Source: Escherichia coli
Lineage (GTDB): Bacteria > Pseudomonadota > Gammaproteobacteria > Enterobacterales > Enterobacteriaceae
NCBI RefSeq assembly: GCF_003334305.1
Contig: NZ_QOWS01000005.1
Length of the DNA: 64,000 nt
Strand: one strand, 5' to 3'
Made by a program: the position numbers and the translations under genes. The notes under the pieces were generated by a model. The model made no database searches. It saw only the letters and a list, made by a program, of their open reading frames with translations, and was not told the DNA's origin. Positions within the stretch are counted from its first letter, which is position 1, and every line of letters starts with the position of its first letter. Of the stretch, positions 15,345 to 31,740 are shown one piece after another.

Positions 15345-15616
15345 AAAAGGTCCATAAAATAATTAATACCAAAGGGGTAGGTATTATTAGTGATGATAAA
15401 ATTTCACCAAAAGTGAACGCTTGTGTTATTACAATAATAAGAATGCGCTGATGGCAAATATTCAGGGATGAAAAACTGCTCTGAAAAGAGTAACGCGCTT
15501 TACTATCCCTGACAATCACCAACAACATCGAACAAGATAATAAATTCCTGGTTTAATATCCGACAAGTGAAAACATGCACCCGGACGGGCAGCATGTCGC
15601 TCCACAAGTGCAGAGC

Positions 15617-15742
15617 TTACTTGTGTTGTACCGAAGCACTCTGTTCAGGTGGCTGATAGTTGTCAATGTGACTCGCCACGCCAAGAAGAATGACTGAAAC
15701 GACAAGAACGATCCAACCTGTTAATTCAATAAGACGATTCAT
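15617..15742 (-). CDS. blr: small membrane protein Blr (41 aa)
   Basis: C-terminal 41 aa of the 66-aa track ORF from MNRLIELTGW; single TM helix. Confidence 0.75.
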   Translation of the reverse strand: MNRLIELTGWIVLVVSVILLGVASHIDNYQPPEQSASVQHK

Positions 15743-15984
15743 TACAGCCCACATCTCTCTTGATTGATCCATTAACTTCAGGGGGTAAATGTTACTTAGC
15801 AATAATAGCTCCAGCAAGATTTTTACTGAGGTTTTTGCGATATTTAGCTTTTGTCGTTGGAAAATTCGCTATTTTTTTGACTTAAGTTAAACAACATCCC
15901 TTATTGCTGGCAGGTTATTAAACTGTTGAGCGTGGGTAAAGGATAGTGTCAAATAGCCATCATACTTCAATGAGAGGCAATGAC

Positions 15985-17025
15985 ATGAGCGACAACATCC
16001 GTGTTGGGTTGATTGGGTATGGTTATGCGAGCAAAACCTTCCATGCGCCCCTGATTGCGGGCACGCCCGGGCTGGAACTGGCGGTAATCTCCAGCAGTGA
16101 TGAAACAAAAGTAAAAGCCGACTGGCCAACGGTTACGGTTGTCTCTGAGCCGAAGCATCTGTTTAACGATCCCAACATAGACCTGATTGTCATTCCTACA
16201 CCCAACGATACCCATTTCCCGTTAGCCAAAGCGGCGCTTGAGGCGGGTAAACATGTGGTCGTTGATAAACCCTTTACCGTGACACTGTCACAAGCGCGAG
16301 AGCTGGATGCGCTGGCAAAAAGCCTGGGGCGTGTGCTGTCTGTATTCCATAACCGTCGCTGGGATAGCGATTTCTTGACGCTAAAAGGTTTACTCGCGGA
16401 AGGCGTGCTGGGTGAAGTTGCTTACTTTGAGTCTCATTTTGACCGCTTCCGTCCGCAGGTGCGCGATCGTTGGCGTGAACAGGGCGGCCCAGGCAGCGGT
16501 ATCTGGTACGATTTAGCACCACATCTTCTTGATCAGGCCATTACGCTTTTTGGTTTACCGGTCAGCATGACGGTAGATTTGGCACAGTTACGGCCCGGAG
16601 CGCAGTCGACCGATTATTTCCACGCCATCTTGTCCTATCCACAGCGGCGAGTCATTTTACACGGTACCATGCTGGCAGCCGCTGAGTCAGCACGGTATAT
16701 CGTGCATGGATCCCGAGGCAGTTATGTGAAATATGGCCTCGATCCACAGGAAGAACGTCTGAAAAATGGCGAGCGTCTACCGCAGGAAGACTGGGGCTAC
16801 GATATGCGTGATGGCGTACTTACCCGCGTGGAAGGTGAGGAACGTGTCGAAGAAACGCTGTTGACGGTGCCTGGGAATTATCCGGCTTACTATGCGGCTA
16901 TTCGTGATGCGTTAAATGGCGATGGTGAAAATCCGGTTCCGGCAAGCCAGGCAATCCAGGTAATGGAGTTGATTGAGCTGGGCATCGAATCCGCCAAACA
17001 TCGCGCGACTTTGTGCCTTGCATGA
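15985..17025 (+). CDS. ydgJ: Gfo/Idh/MocA-family oxidoreductase
   Basis: 346 aa from MSDNIRVGLIGYG (Rossmann N-terminus); ORF track starts 13 codons upstream. Confidence 0.85.
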   Translation: MSDNIRVGLIGYGYASKTFHAPLIAGTPGLELAVISSSDETKVKADWPTVTVVSEPKHLFNDPNIDLIVIPTPNDTHFPLAKAALEAGKHVVVDKPFTVTLSQARELDALAKSLGRVLSVFHNRRWDSDFLTLKGLLAEGVLGEVAYFESHFDRFRPQVRDRWREQGGPGSGIWYDLAPHLLDQAITLFGLPVSMTVDLAQLRPGAQSTDYFHAILSYPQRRVILHGTMLAAAESARYIVHGSRGSYVKYGLDPQEERLKNGERLPQEDWGYDMRDGVLTRVEGEERVEETLLTVPGNYPAYYAAIRDALNGDGENPVPASQAIQVMELIELGIESAKHRATLCLA

Positions 17026-17058
17026 AAAATGGATGGTGCAATTTGCACCATCCATTTT
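17026..17058. terminator. bidirectional terminator between convergent ydgJ and add
   Basis: perfect palindrome aaaaatggatggtgca-att-tgcaccatccatttt filling the gap between the two stop codons. Confidence 0.8.
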
Positions 17059-17059
17059 G

Positions 17060-18061
17060 TTACTTCGCGGCGACTTTTTCTCGCAGTGCGCGTTTTTCCT
17101 CAGCGCTGAGGAAAGCCATTTCCAGACCATTAATCTGTGCCTGGCGGATTTGCTCGCGGGATAACCCAGCAGCTGGCGCGGCAACGGTATATTCGTGAAT
17201 GATATCCACTCCCTGTACGCCGGGATCGTCAGTGTTAATGCTGGCACGAATGCCATGCTCAAGGAACGTTTTCAGCGGATGTGCAGCCAGCTCTGCTACG
17301 GTGCTGGTCTGAATATTGGAGGTCAGACAGGATTCAATACCAATTTGTTGCTCGGCGAGAAAATCCATCAGCGCCCGATCTTCAATGGCTTTTACGCCAT
17401 GTCCAATACGCTCCGCACCCAGTTCACGAATCGCCTGCCAGATGCTTTCCGGCCCGGCAGCTTCGCCTGCATGGACGGTAATATGCCAGCCCGCATCACG
17501 CGCGCGGTTGAAGTGAGAAAGGAACAGACTTCCCGGGAAACCAAGTTCATCACCGGCTAAATCAAGTGCGGTAATCTGGTCACGGTGGGCTAAAAAGGCC
17601 TCCAGCTCTTGCTGACAGGCGGCTTCGCCGAAGGTCCGGCTCATAATGCCGATAAGCTTCGCCTGCACACCAAAGGTGCGGCAACCTTCACGTACGCCAT
17701 CGATCACCGCTTCGACAACACCCGCTACAGGCAGCTGATGTGCCATTGCCATGTAGCCTGGTGAAAAACGCAGCTCGACATAGTGCAGGCCGTGACGGGC
17801 TGCATCTTCAATGTTTTCAAATGCCACGCGGCGACAGGCATCAAGAGAGGCGAGAACTTTAACGCCCCAGTCAAGTTTGGTCAGAAAGCTCACCAGATCG
17901 GGTTCGTTGGCAATGACCTGAACGTGGGGAATCAGTGTTTCCAGGGATTGTGCAGGAAGCGAGATATTATACTGGCGGCCAAGTTCAAGAATGGTCTGGG
18001 GACGAATGTTGCCATCAAGGTGGCGATGGATATCAGTTAATGGCAGGGTGGTATCAATCAT
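17060..18061 (-). CDS. add: adenosine deaminase
   Basis: 333-aa ORF recognised as Add; convergent with ydgJ. Confidence 0.9.
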
Positions 18062-18129
18062 GGTCGCACTCTTTTTCTGAATATAAAAGTGCGCACCATT
18101 ATAAAAACAAAGCAGGGTAAAAATCCACG

Positions 18130-18159
18130 ATTGCGCAACGATTTTTTACGTTGCGCAAT
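18130..18159 (-). terminator. terminator of malY
   Basis: attgcgcaacg-atttttta-cgttgcgcaat; U-run follows on the minus strand. Confidence 0.7.
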
Positions 18160-18164
18160 TGGGG

Positions 18165-19337
18165 TTAGCGAACAGCGCGGATGGCGTTTATTAATCCAGC
18201 CACACCTTTTTCCAGTTTCGAACGTGGGCAGCCGGCATTGAGACGGACAAAACCACGACCTTCTTCACCATAGGTATACCCCGGCATGATCGCGACTTTT
18301 TCTTGCTCGATAAGCGCTTTTTGCAACGCGTTGTCGTCAATATTCAACGGACGTAGATCAAGCCAGGCCAGATAAGTGGATTGCGGGATCTGCCAGTTGA
18401 GTTCAGGAAACGCGGCGTTCATTTTATCTGAGATATACGTCAGGTTATCTTTCAGATAGACGCGTAAGGCATCCAGCCACGGTGCACCTTGCTGATAGGC
18501 GGCGATATGGGCAGTTAACGCCAGTACCGAAGGGGAAGAAAGCCCATCACGTCCTTTCAGTGCCGATAAATAGGCATCACGGCTGCTGCTATTTTCTATA
18601 ATCCCGTAAGCACCGGTCAGCGCGGGAATATTGAAACTTTTCGAGCCCGACGTCAGCAACGCCCAGTCTCCCCGCGCCACATTACTCCAGGGAATATGCG
18701 GCTGCTCGCCCCAGACCATATCCATATGGATTTCATCGGAAATAACCCGCACACCATGACGCTCGCACAGGTCAGCCATGATCTCCAGCTCATCGCACGT
18801 CCACACTTTCCCGGTAGGATTCTGTGGGCTACACAGGAGCATAATTTTACATTCTGGTTTCGCCAACACGGCTTCCAGCTTGCCCATATCGCAAAACCAG
18901 TCGTCAGCCTGCTTCTCTAAAGCAACGGGCATTACTGTGCGCTGGTTACCTTCAATGGCCTTGTAAAATGCATCATAGGCGGGCGTGTGGATCACCACGC
19001 CTTCACCTGTTTCAGACCACTGACGAATCAGTTCTGAAACCATATAGATGACAGAAGGGCCATACACCACCGTCTGCGTATCAATTGCGGTGTAATGCTG
19101 GGTGGAAAACCAGTGGGCAATAGCCGCGAGAAACTCATCGTTTTTCCAGCGGCTGTAGCCAAATACGCCGTGCATCAGGCGCTGATTCAGCGCCTCGATA
19201 ATGCAGGGGGCAGTGGCAAAATCCATGTCTGAAATCGTGAACGGTAACAGGTCAGCAGTGCCGAAACGGTCAGCGACATAATCCCACTGTGTACACCATG
19301 TGCCATGACGATCCACGACCTTTGAAAAATCGAACAT
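18165..19337 (-). CDS. malY: PLP-dependent cystathionine beta-lyase / MalT-regulon modulator MalY
   Basis: 390-aa ORF recognised as MalY. Confidence 0.9.
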   Translation of the reverse strand: MFDFSKVVDRHGTWCTQWDYVADRFGTADLLPFTISDMDFATAPCIIEALNQRLMHGVFGYSRWKNDEFLAAIAHWFSTQHYTAIDTQTVVYGPSVIYMVSELIRQWSETGEGVVIHTPAYDAFYKAIEGNQRTVMPVALEKQADDWFCDMGKLEAVLAKPECKIMLLCSPQNPTGKVWTCDELEIMADLCERHGVRVISDEIHMDMVWGEQPHIPWSNVARGDWALLTSGSKSFNIPALTGAYGIIENSSSRDAYLSALKGRDGLSSPSVLALTAHIAAYQQGAPWLDALRVYLKDNLTYISDKMNAAFPELNWQIPQSTYLAWLDLRPLNIDDNALQKALIEQEKVAIMPGYTYGEEGRGFVRLNAGCPRSKLEKGVAGLINAIRAVR

Positions 19338-19346
19338 ATCTTATCC

Positions 19347-22142
<2,796 letters not shown>

Positions 22143-22253
22143 TCCTCTCTTTATCTGCTATACCTGGTAGTGTCCTTTCCTCAAGGTTAATGATAAAAAA
22201 TGTGGCACACAGGCGGTGCCTTTTATTTTTACTGAAGTTCACAGGAGGTTTAT

Positions 22254-23021
22254 GTGTTTAATTCTGACAACCTGAGACTCGACGGAAAATGCGCCATCAT
22301 CACAGGTGCGGGTGCAGGTATTGGTAAAGAAATCGCCATTACATTCGCGACAGCTGGCGCATCTGTGGTGGTCAGTGATATTAACGCCGACGCAGCTAAC
22401 CATGTTGTAGACGAAATTCAACAACTGGGTGGTCAGGCATTTGCCTGCCGTTGTGATATTACTTCCGAACAGGAACTCTCTGCACTGGCAGACTTTGCCG
22501 TCAGTAAGCTGGGTAAAGTTGATATCCTGGTTAACAACGCCGGTGGCGGTGGTCCTAAACCGTTTGATATGCCAATGGCAGATTTTCGCCGTGCTTATGA
22601 ACTGAATGTGTTTTCTTTTTTCCATCTGTCACAACTTGTTGCGCCAGAAATGGAAAAAAATGGCGGTGGCGTTATCCTGACCATCACTTCTATGGCGGCA
22701 GAAAATAAAAATATAAACATGACTTCCTATGCATCATCTAAAGCTGCGGCCAGTCATCTGGTCAGAAATATGGCATTTGACCTGGGTGAAAAAAATATTC
22801 GGGTGAATGGCATTGCGCCGGGGGCAATATTAACCGATGCCCTGAAATCCGTTATTACACCAGAAATTGAACAAAAAATGTTACAGCACACGCCGATCAG
22901 ACGTCTGGGCCAACCGCAAGATATTGCTAACGCGGCGCTGTTCCTTTGCTCGCCTGCAGCCAGCTGGGTAAGCGGACAAATTCTCACCGTCTCCGGTGGT
23001 GGGGTACAGGAGCTCAATTAA
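22254..23021 (+). CDS. hdhA: 7-alpha-hydroxysteroid dehydrogenase (SDR family)
   Basis: 255-aa ORF, TGAGAGIG Rossmann motif; recognised HdhA. Confidence 0.9.
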   Translation: MFNSDNLRLDGKCAIITGAGAGIGKEIAITFATAGASVVVSDINADAANHVVDEIQQLGGQAFACRCDITSEQELSALADFAVSKLGKVDILVNNAGGGGPKPFDMPMADFRRAYELNVFSFFHLSQLVAPEMEKNGGGVILTITSMAAENKNINMTSYASSKAAASHLVRNMAFDLGEKNIRVNGIAPGAILTDALKSVITPEIEQKMLQHTPIRRLGQPQDIANAALFLCSPAASWVSGQILTVSGGGVQELN

Positions 23022-23249
23022 TACACTAACGAACCGGTAAACAGCCGTATGTGTTGTTTACCGGGATAGCGTGTGCAATTCATCAACGTCTCTGCTAAAC
23101 AACTGGCAGCCAAATCACGGCTATTGGTTAACCAATAGCTGGATGAAAAGCATACGAATAGAGTGTGCCTTCGCACTATTCAACAGCAATGATAGGCGCT
23201 CACCTGACAACGCGGTAAACTAGTTATTCACGCTAACTATAATGGTTTA

Positions 23250-23840
23250 ATGATGGATAACATGCAGACTGAAGCACAACCGACACGGACCCGGATCCTC
23301 AATGCTGCCAGAGAGATTTTTTCAGAAAATGGATTTCACAGTGCCTCGATGAAAGCCATCTGTAAATCCTGCGCCATTAGTCCCGGGACGCTCTATCACC
23401 ATTTCATCTCCAAAGAAGCCTTGATTCAGGCGATTATCTTACAGGACCAGGAGAGGGCGCTGGCCCGTTTCCGGGAACCGATTGAAGGGATTCATTTTGT
23501 TGACTATATGGTCGAGTCTATTGTCTCTCTCACCCATGAAGCCTTTGGGCAACGGGCGCTGGTGGTCGAAATTATGGCGGAAGGGATGCGTAACCCACAG
23601 GTCGCCGCCATGCTTAAAAATAAGCATATGACGATCACTGAATTTGTTGCCCAGCGGATGCGTGATGCCCAGCAAAAAGGCGAGATAAGCCCAGACATCA
23701 ACACGTCAATGACTTCACGTTTACTGCTGGATCTGACCTACGGTGTACTGGCCGATATCGAAGCGGAAGACCTGGCGCGTGAAGCGTCGTTTGCTCAGGG
23801 ATTACGCGCGATGATTGGCGGTATCTTAACCGCATCCTGA
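23250..23840 (+). CDS. uidR: TetR-family repressor of the uid operon
   Basis: 196-aa ORF recognised as UidR. Confidence 0.85.
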   Translation: MMDNMQTEAQPTRTRILNAAREIFSENGFHSASMKAICKSCAISPGTLYHHFISKEALIQAIILQDQERALARFREPIEGIHFVDYMVESIVSLTHEAFGQRALVVEIMAEGMRNPQVAAMLKNKHMTITEFVAQRMRDAQQKGEISPDINTSMTSRLLLDLTYGVLADIEAEDLAREASFAQGLRAMIGGILTAS

Positions 23841-24176
23841 TCCTCTCATTTCGCGGGCTGGTGATAACTGTGCCCGCGTTTCATACTTTAATTTCCCTGT
23901 ACAAAATACAATCTAGCCGGGATCGGAGAATTCCCCCCAAAAATATTCACCGTAGCCATATGTCATGAGAGTTTATCGTTCTCAAGATGCTCGAACGAAC
24001 GTTCGATTGCTTATTTTATGGCTTCTGTCAACGCTGTTTTAAAGATTAATGCGATCTATATCACGCTGTGGGTATTGCAGATTTTGGTTTTTTGATCGCG
24101 GTGTCAGTTCTTTTTATTTCCATTTCTCTTCCATGGGTTTCTCACAGATAACTGTGTGCAACACAGAATTGGTTAA

Positions 24177-27409
<3,233 letters not shown>

Positions 27410-27447
27410 TATTCAATAAAAATAATCAGAACATCAAAGGTGCAACT

Positions 27448-28713
27448 ATGAGAAAAATAGTGGCCATGGCCGTTATTTGCCTGACGGCTGCCTCTGGCCT
27501 TACCTCTGCTTATGCGGCGCAACTGGCTGACGATGAAGCGGGACTACGCATCAGACTGAAAAACGAATTGCGCAGGGCGGATAAGCCCAGTGCTGGCGCG
27601 GGAAGAGATATTTACGCATGGGTACAGGGAGGATTGCTCGATTTCAATAGTGGTTATTATTCCAATATTATTGGCGTTGAAGGCGGGGCGTATTATGTTT
27701 ATAAATTAGGTGCTCGTGCTGATATGAGTACCCGGTGGTATCTTGATGGTGATAAAAGTTTTGGCTTTGCCCTGGGGGCAGTAAAAATAAAACCCAGTGA
27801 AAATAGCCTGCTTAAATTAGGTCGCTTCGGGACGGATTATAGTTATGGTAGCTTACCTTATCGTATTCCGTTAATGGCTGGCAGTTCGCAACGTACATTA
27901 CCGACAGTTTCTGAAGGAGCATTAGGTTATTGGGCTTTAACACCAAATATTGATCTGTGGGGAATGTGGCGTTCACGAGTATTTTTATGGACTGATTCAA
28001 CAACCGGTATTCGTGATGAAGGGGTGTATAACAGCCAGACGGGAAAATACGATAAACATCGCGCACGTTCTTTTTTAGCCGCCAGTTGGCATGATGATAC
28101 CAGTCGCTATTCTCTGGGGGCATCGGTACAGAAAGATGTTTCCAATCAGATACAAAGTATTCTCGAGAAAAGCATACCGCTCGACCCGAATTATACGTTG
28201 AAAGGGGAGTTGCTCGGCTTTTACGCGCAGCTCGAAGGTTTAAGTCGTAATACCAGCCAGCCCAATGAAACGGCGTTGGTTAGTGGACAATTGACCTGGA
28301 ATGCGCCGTGGGGAAGCGTATTTGGCAGTGGTGGTTATTTGCGCCATGCAATGAATGGTGCCGTGGTGGATACCGACATTGGCTATCCCTTTTCATTAAG
28401 TCTTGATCGTAACCGTGAAGGAATGCAGTCCTGGCAATTGGGCGTCAACTATCGTTTAACGCCGCAATTTACACTGACATTTGCACCGATTGTGACTCGC
28501 GGCTATGAATCCAGTAAACGAGATGTGCGGATTGAAGGCATGGGTATCTTAGGTGGTATGAACTATCGGGTCAGCGAAGGGCCGTTACAAGGGATGAATT
28601 TCTTTCTTGCTGCCGATAAAGGGCGGGAAAAGCGCGATGGCAGTACGCTGGGCGATCGCCTGAATTACTGGGATGTGAAAATGAGTATTCAGTATGACTT
28701 TATGCTGAAGTAA
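27448..28713 (+). CDS. uidC: outer membrane glucuronide porin
   Basis: 421-aa ORF with signal peptide and C-terminal aromatic residue. Confidence 0.85.
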   Translation: MRKIVAMAVICLTAASGLTSAYAAQLADDEAGLRIRLKNELRRADKPSAGAGRDIYAWVQGGLLDFNSGYYSNIIGVEGGAYYVYKLGARADMSTRWYLDGDKSFGFALGAVKIKPSENSLLKLGRFGTDYSYGSLPYRIPLMAGSSQRTLPTVSEGALGYWALTPNIDLWGMWRSRVFLWTDSTTGIRDEGVYNSQTGKYDKHRARSFLAASWHDDTSRYSLGASVQKDVSNQIQSILEKSIPLDPNYTLKGELLGFYAQLEGLSRNTSQPNETALVSGQLTWNAPWGSVFGSGGYLRHAMNGAVVDTDIGYPFSLSLDRNREGMQSWQLGVNYRLTPQFTLTFAPIVTRGYESSKRDVRIEGMGILGGMNYRVSEGPLQGMNFFLAADKGREKRDGSTLGDRLNYWDVKMSIQYDFMLK

Positions 28714-28749
28714 AAAATAACGCCGGAGAGAAAAATCTCCGGCGTTTTG
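28714..28749. terminator. bidirectional terminator between convergent uidC and ydgA
   Basis: cgccggaga-gaaaaa-tctccggcg flanked by an A-run and a T-run. Confidence 0.8.
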
Positions 28750-28757
28750 TCTGTGAA

Positions 28758-30266
28758 TTACTGCTGCGGAATAGCGGGTACGACCGGAACATTTAATGCC
28801 GGCATTGCAAACATACCAACGAAATCTTCCAGTGGCATTTTCTGCCCGTTTAACGTTATCTGACCGTTAGCATATTGCAGGCTGGTGGTGATGGTATTGT
28901 CCTGCAAGGTGGTCAGACGGAACATCTGCCCCATTGCTGATGCACCTTCAACTTGCTGTTTCGCCAGTTTTTTCGCTTGATCTTCCTGATAACCTTCCAG
29001 CTTCGCTACCTGAGTCATAAACTCAGTTGCCATATCCACCGGAATGGTCAGTTTCGCATCCAGAGATTTAACCGAGCGGTCCACTTCCTGCGCCAGCGTT
29101 TGCGGCGCTTCTTTAGTCGTTGCCGGATCTTTCAGGAACAGCGACAGATTCAGCGCACTTTCACCCTGACTGTTTTTCCAGCTTAGCGGCGCGATAGTAA
29201 TCACCGGATCGCCTTTCAACATCAGCGGCAGGGCGCTAAAGAAGGCTTCCGTCACTTTCTCCTGATAAAGTTCGGGATTGTTGGCAATTTCTGGCTGTGC
29301 CAGCAGCGCCTGAGTTTGCGCGTTATATTGCTGGCTAAACTGATGCCAGGCTTCACCATCAATCTGGCCGACTTTTAAAGTCAGCTTGCCGCTGCCCAGA
29401 TCCTGATTCTGTACCTTCAGGCTGTTTAGCGAGTAATCCAGTTGGCTATTGATCGTTTTACCATCATTGACCAGATCCGATTTACCGCTGATCTCCATGC
29501 CTTCCAGCAGTGCCAGTTCTTTGCCTTCCACCGAAATGGTCATTTTTTCCAGTGACAGTTTTTGGTTTCCTACGCGCTCACCAAAACTTGCCAGCGTGCT
29601 GGAACCGTCGGTTTTCAGATTATTAAAGGTCAACTGCACTTTCTGGTTGTATTCGTTAACTGCGTCTATCCGACCACTTTGCGCCTCCCCGGAAAGGGAG
29701 ATAGCTTTGCCGTCTCTGTCCGCATTTAACTGGAACTCGCCGCCGCTAAAGGCGACTTTTTCATCCTTTTGCTCGTAATTCAGTGGCTTGAGTGAAATAT
29801 CGGAACTGGAATCACCGCTGTAACCAATGCGCGAGTTAATCTCAAAAGGCGTTTCACCTTTTGCCATATCAAACAGTGGTTTGCTTACTTCGTTATTAAC
29901 CAGCGTGGTTTGAATTGATGCCATCGACGGGATCAGGTTCAGTTTTTTAAGCTGGGCAAGCGGGAAGGGACCATGATCAACCGATTCGTTGAAGATGACG
30001 CTCTGACCGCTTTTAATCCACGGATTTTCTTTCCCGGCAATGGGTTTCACCAACAGTTGCAACTGGCTGCTGAATACGCCGCGATGATAGTTTTGATAAC
30101 TCACTTCCAGGTTGGATTCAGGAGCTGTCAGTTTGAGTTGCGCGTTCGCCTGCGCGACCATGTCTTCGAGATGGGTTTCAATCTTCTTGCCTGTATACCA
30201 TGCGCCGCCTGTCCAGACTACGCCTAGCGCAACAATGACGCCTACCGCTACCAGCGATTTATTCAT
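28758..30266 (-). CDS. ydgA: DUF945-family protein YdgA
   Basis: 502-aa ORF with N-terminal signal/anchor; recognised YdgA. Confidence 0.85.
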   Translation of the reverse strand: MNKSLVAVGVIVALGVVWTGGAWYTGKKIETHLEDMVAQANAQLKLTAPESNLEVSYQNYHRGVFSSQLQLLVKPIAGKENPWIKSGQSVIFNESVDHGPFPLAQLKKLNLIPSMASIQTTLVNNEVSKPLFDMAKGETPFEINSRIGYSGDSSSDISLKPLNYEQKDEKVAFSGGEFQLNADRDGKAISLSGEAQSGRIDAVNEYNQKVQLTFNNLKTDGSSTLASFGERVGNQKLSLEKMTISVEGKELALLEGMEISGKSDLVNDGKTINSQLDYSLNSLKVQNQDLGSGKLTLKVGQIDGEAWHQFSQQYNAQTQALLAQPEIANNPELYQEKVTEAFFSALPLMLKGDPVITIAPLSWKNSQGESALNLSLFLKDPATTKEAPQTLAQEVDRSVKSLDAKLTIPVDMATEFMTQVAKLEGYQEDQAKKLAKQQVEGASAMGQMFRLTTLQDNTITTSLQYANGQITLNGQKMPLEDFVGMFAMPALNVPVVPAIPQQ

Positions 30267-30366
30267 AATGATTATCCATAAAATGAAATCAGGCGGACTG
30301 GCCGCCTGAAGGTGTTATAAGCCTTTAATAAGCTTAGCAAGAGATGTTAATTTTTTCAGTAAGCTC

Positions 30367-31542
30367 TTACAGCTTGTTGTAAACACGCGCTAAACGGCCG
30401 TGGCCTTTGACAGTCACCGGTGATTCGTTGGCGGCAATAAACGCTGATTCACCCGGTTTAAGCTGTAACTGCTGAGAACCTTTCCACAACGTTGCATCGC
30501 CTTCGACGCAGAACAAAATGGCGGCACTCTGCTGGCTAATGGTGGTTTCTTTATCACTAAGGTCATGCAGCGAGAAGGCAAAATCATCCACTGGAATCGG
30601 GAAGTCCAGTTCTGCACCTTGTTTCACCGGCTGGGTCAACAACTGGTTAGCCGGTTTGGCTTCGAATTTCACATTGGCAACCAGTTCCGGAATATCAATG
30701 TACTTAGGCGTCAGACCCGCACGCAGCACGTTATCGGAGTTCGCCATCACTTCCAGCGCCACGCCTTGCAGGTAAGCGTGCGGTGTTTCAGCGAACAGGA
30801 ACATCGCTTCGCCAGGATTCAATTTCACCACATTCAGTAACAGCGGGGAGAACAGGCCGCTGTCTTCCGGGTAAAATTCAGAAATTAAACGAATCGTTTG
30901 CCACGGTTCACCCTGCTGACTGTCGAGCGCCGATTTTAAAATCGCCAGCGCGCGGGATTTTTCTTCACCCTGCATATTCAACAGGCTGGCGAACAGTTCG
31001 CTTAAACGTTCGGCATTAGGCTGTTGTAAAAAGTGAGCAATTGCCGGATGTGCACCTGCGACTGGCTGGAGTAGGGAGACAATCTCGGAAAACTCACGAA
31101 ACGCGTTCATCGCAAGGAAAGGCGTCAGCGCAAAAACCAGCTCCGGCTTGTGGTTAGGATCTTTATAGTTACGCTCGGCGGCATCCATCGGGATACCTGC
31201 GGCATTTTCTTTGGCAAAACCGATTTCAGAATTGCGTTTGTTTGGATGAACCTGAATGGAGAGCGGCTGTGCTGCGCATAATACTTTGAACAGGAAAGGC
31301 AGTTCGCCAAAGCGTTTGGCAACGGCCTCTCCGAGCAGAGTCGATTTATCACTCTCAATCACATCACGCAGTGAAACGATATCTCCGGCGGCATTCTGCA
31401 CTCGTGAACTGCTTTTCGGATGTGCGCCCATCCACAGCTCGGCCATCGGCTGGCTGGACGGATTTTCCATACCATAAAGTTCAGTCAACGCCGTTTTGCT
31501 GCCCCAGGCATAGTTTTGCACTGAGTTAATGAGTTTTTGCAT
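30367..31542 (-). CDS. manA: mannose-6-phosphate isomerase
   Basis: 391 aa from MQKLINSVQNYAWG; the 417-aa track ORF is an upstream extension. Confidence 0.9.
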   Translation of the reverse strand: MQKLINSVQNYAWGSKTALTELYGMENPSSQPMAELWMGAHPKSSSRVQNAAGDIVSLRDVIESDKSTLLGEAVAKRFGELPFLFKVLCAAQPLSIQVHPNKRNSEIGFAKENAAGIPMDAAERNYKDPNHKPELVFALTPFLAMNAFREFSEIVSLLQPVAGAHPAIAHFLQQPNAERLSELFASLLNMQGEEKSRALAILKSALDSQQGEPWQTIRLISEFYPEDSGLFSPLLLNVVKLNPGEAMFLFAETPHAYLQGVALEVMANSDNVLRAGLTPKYIDIPELVANVKFEAKPANQLLTQPVKQGAELDFPIPVDDFAFSLHDLSDKETTISQQSAAILFCVEGDATLWKGSQQLQLKPGESAFIAANESPVTVKGHGRLARVYNKL

Positions 31543-31740
31543 GATCAATCCCTGTTTTAATGTGGAAATTAATCCCACTATTAAAGCAAGAATCCTACGG
31601 GAAGTAACCTGGAGCCGCAAAAAGTCGTACTAGTCTCAGTTTTTGTTAAAAAAGTGTGTAGGATATTGTTACTCGCTTTTAACAGGGCAACGGAACACCC
31701 GCCCAGAGCATAACCAAACCAGGCAGTAAGTGAGAGAACA

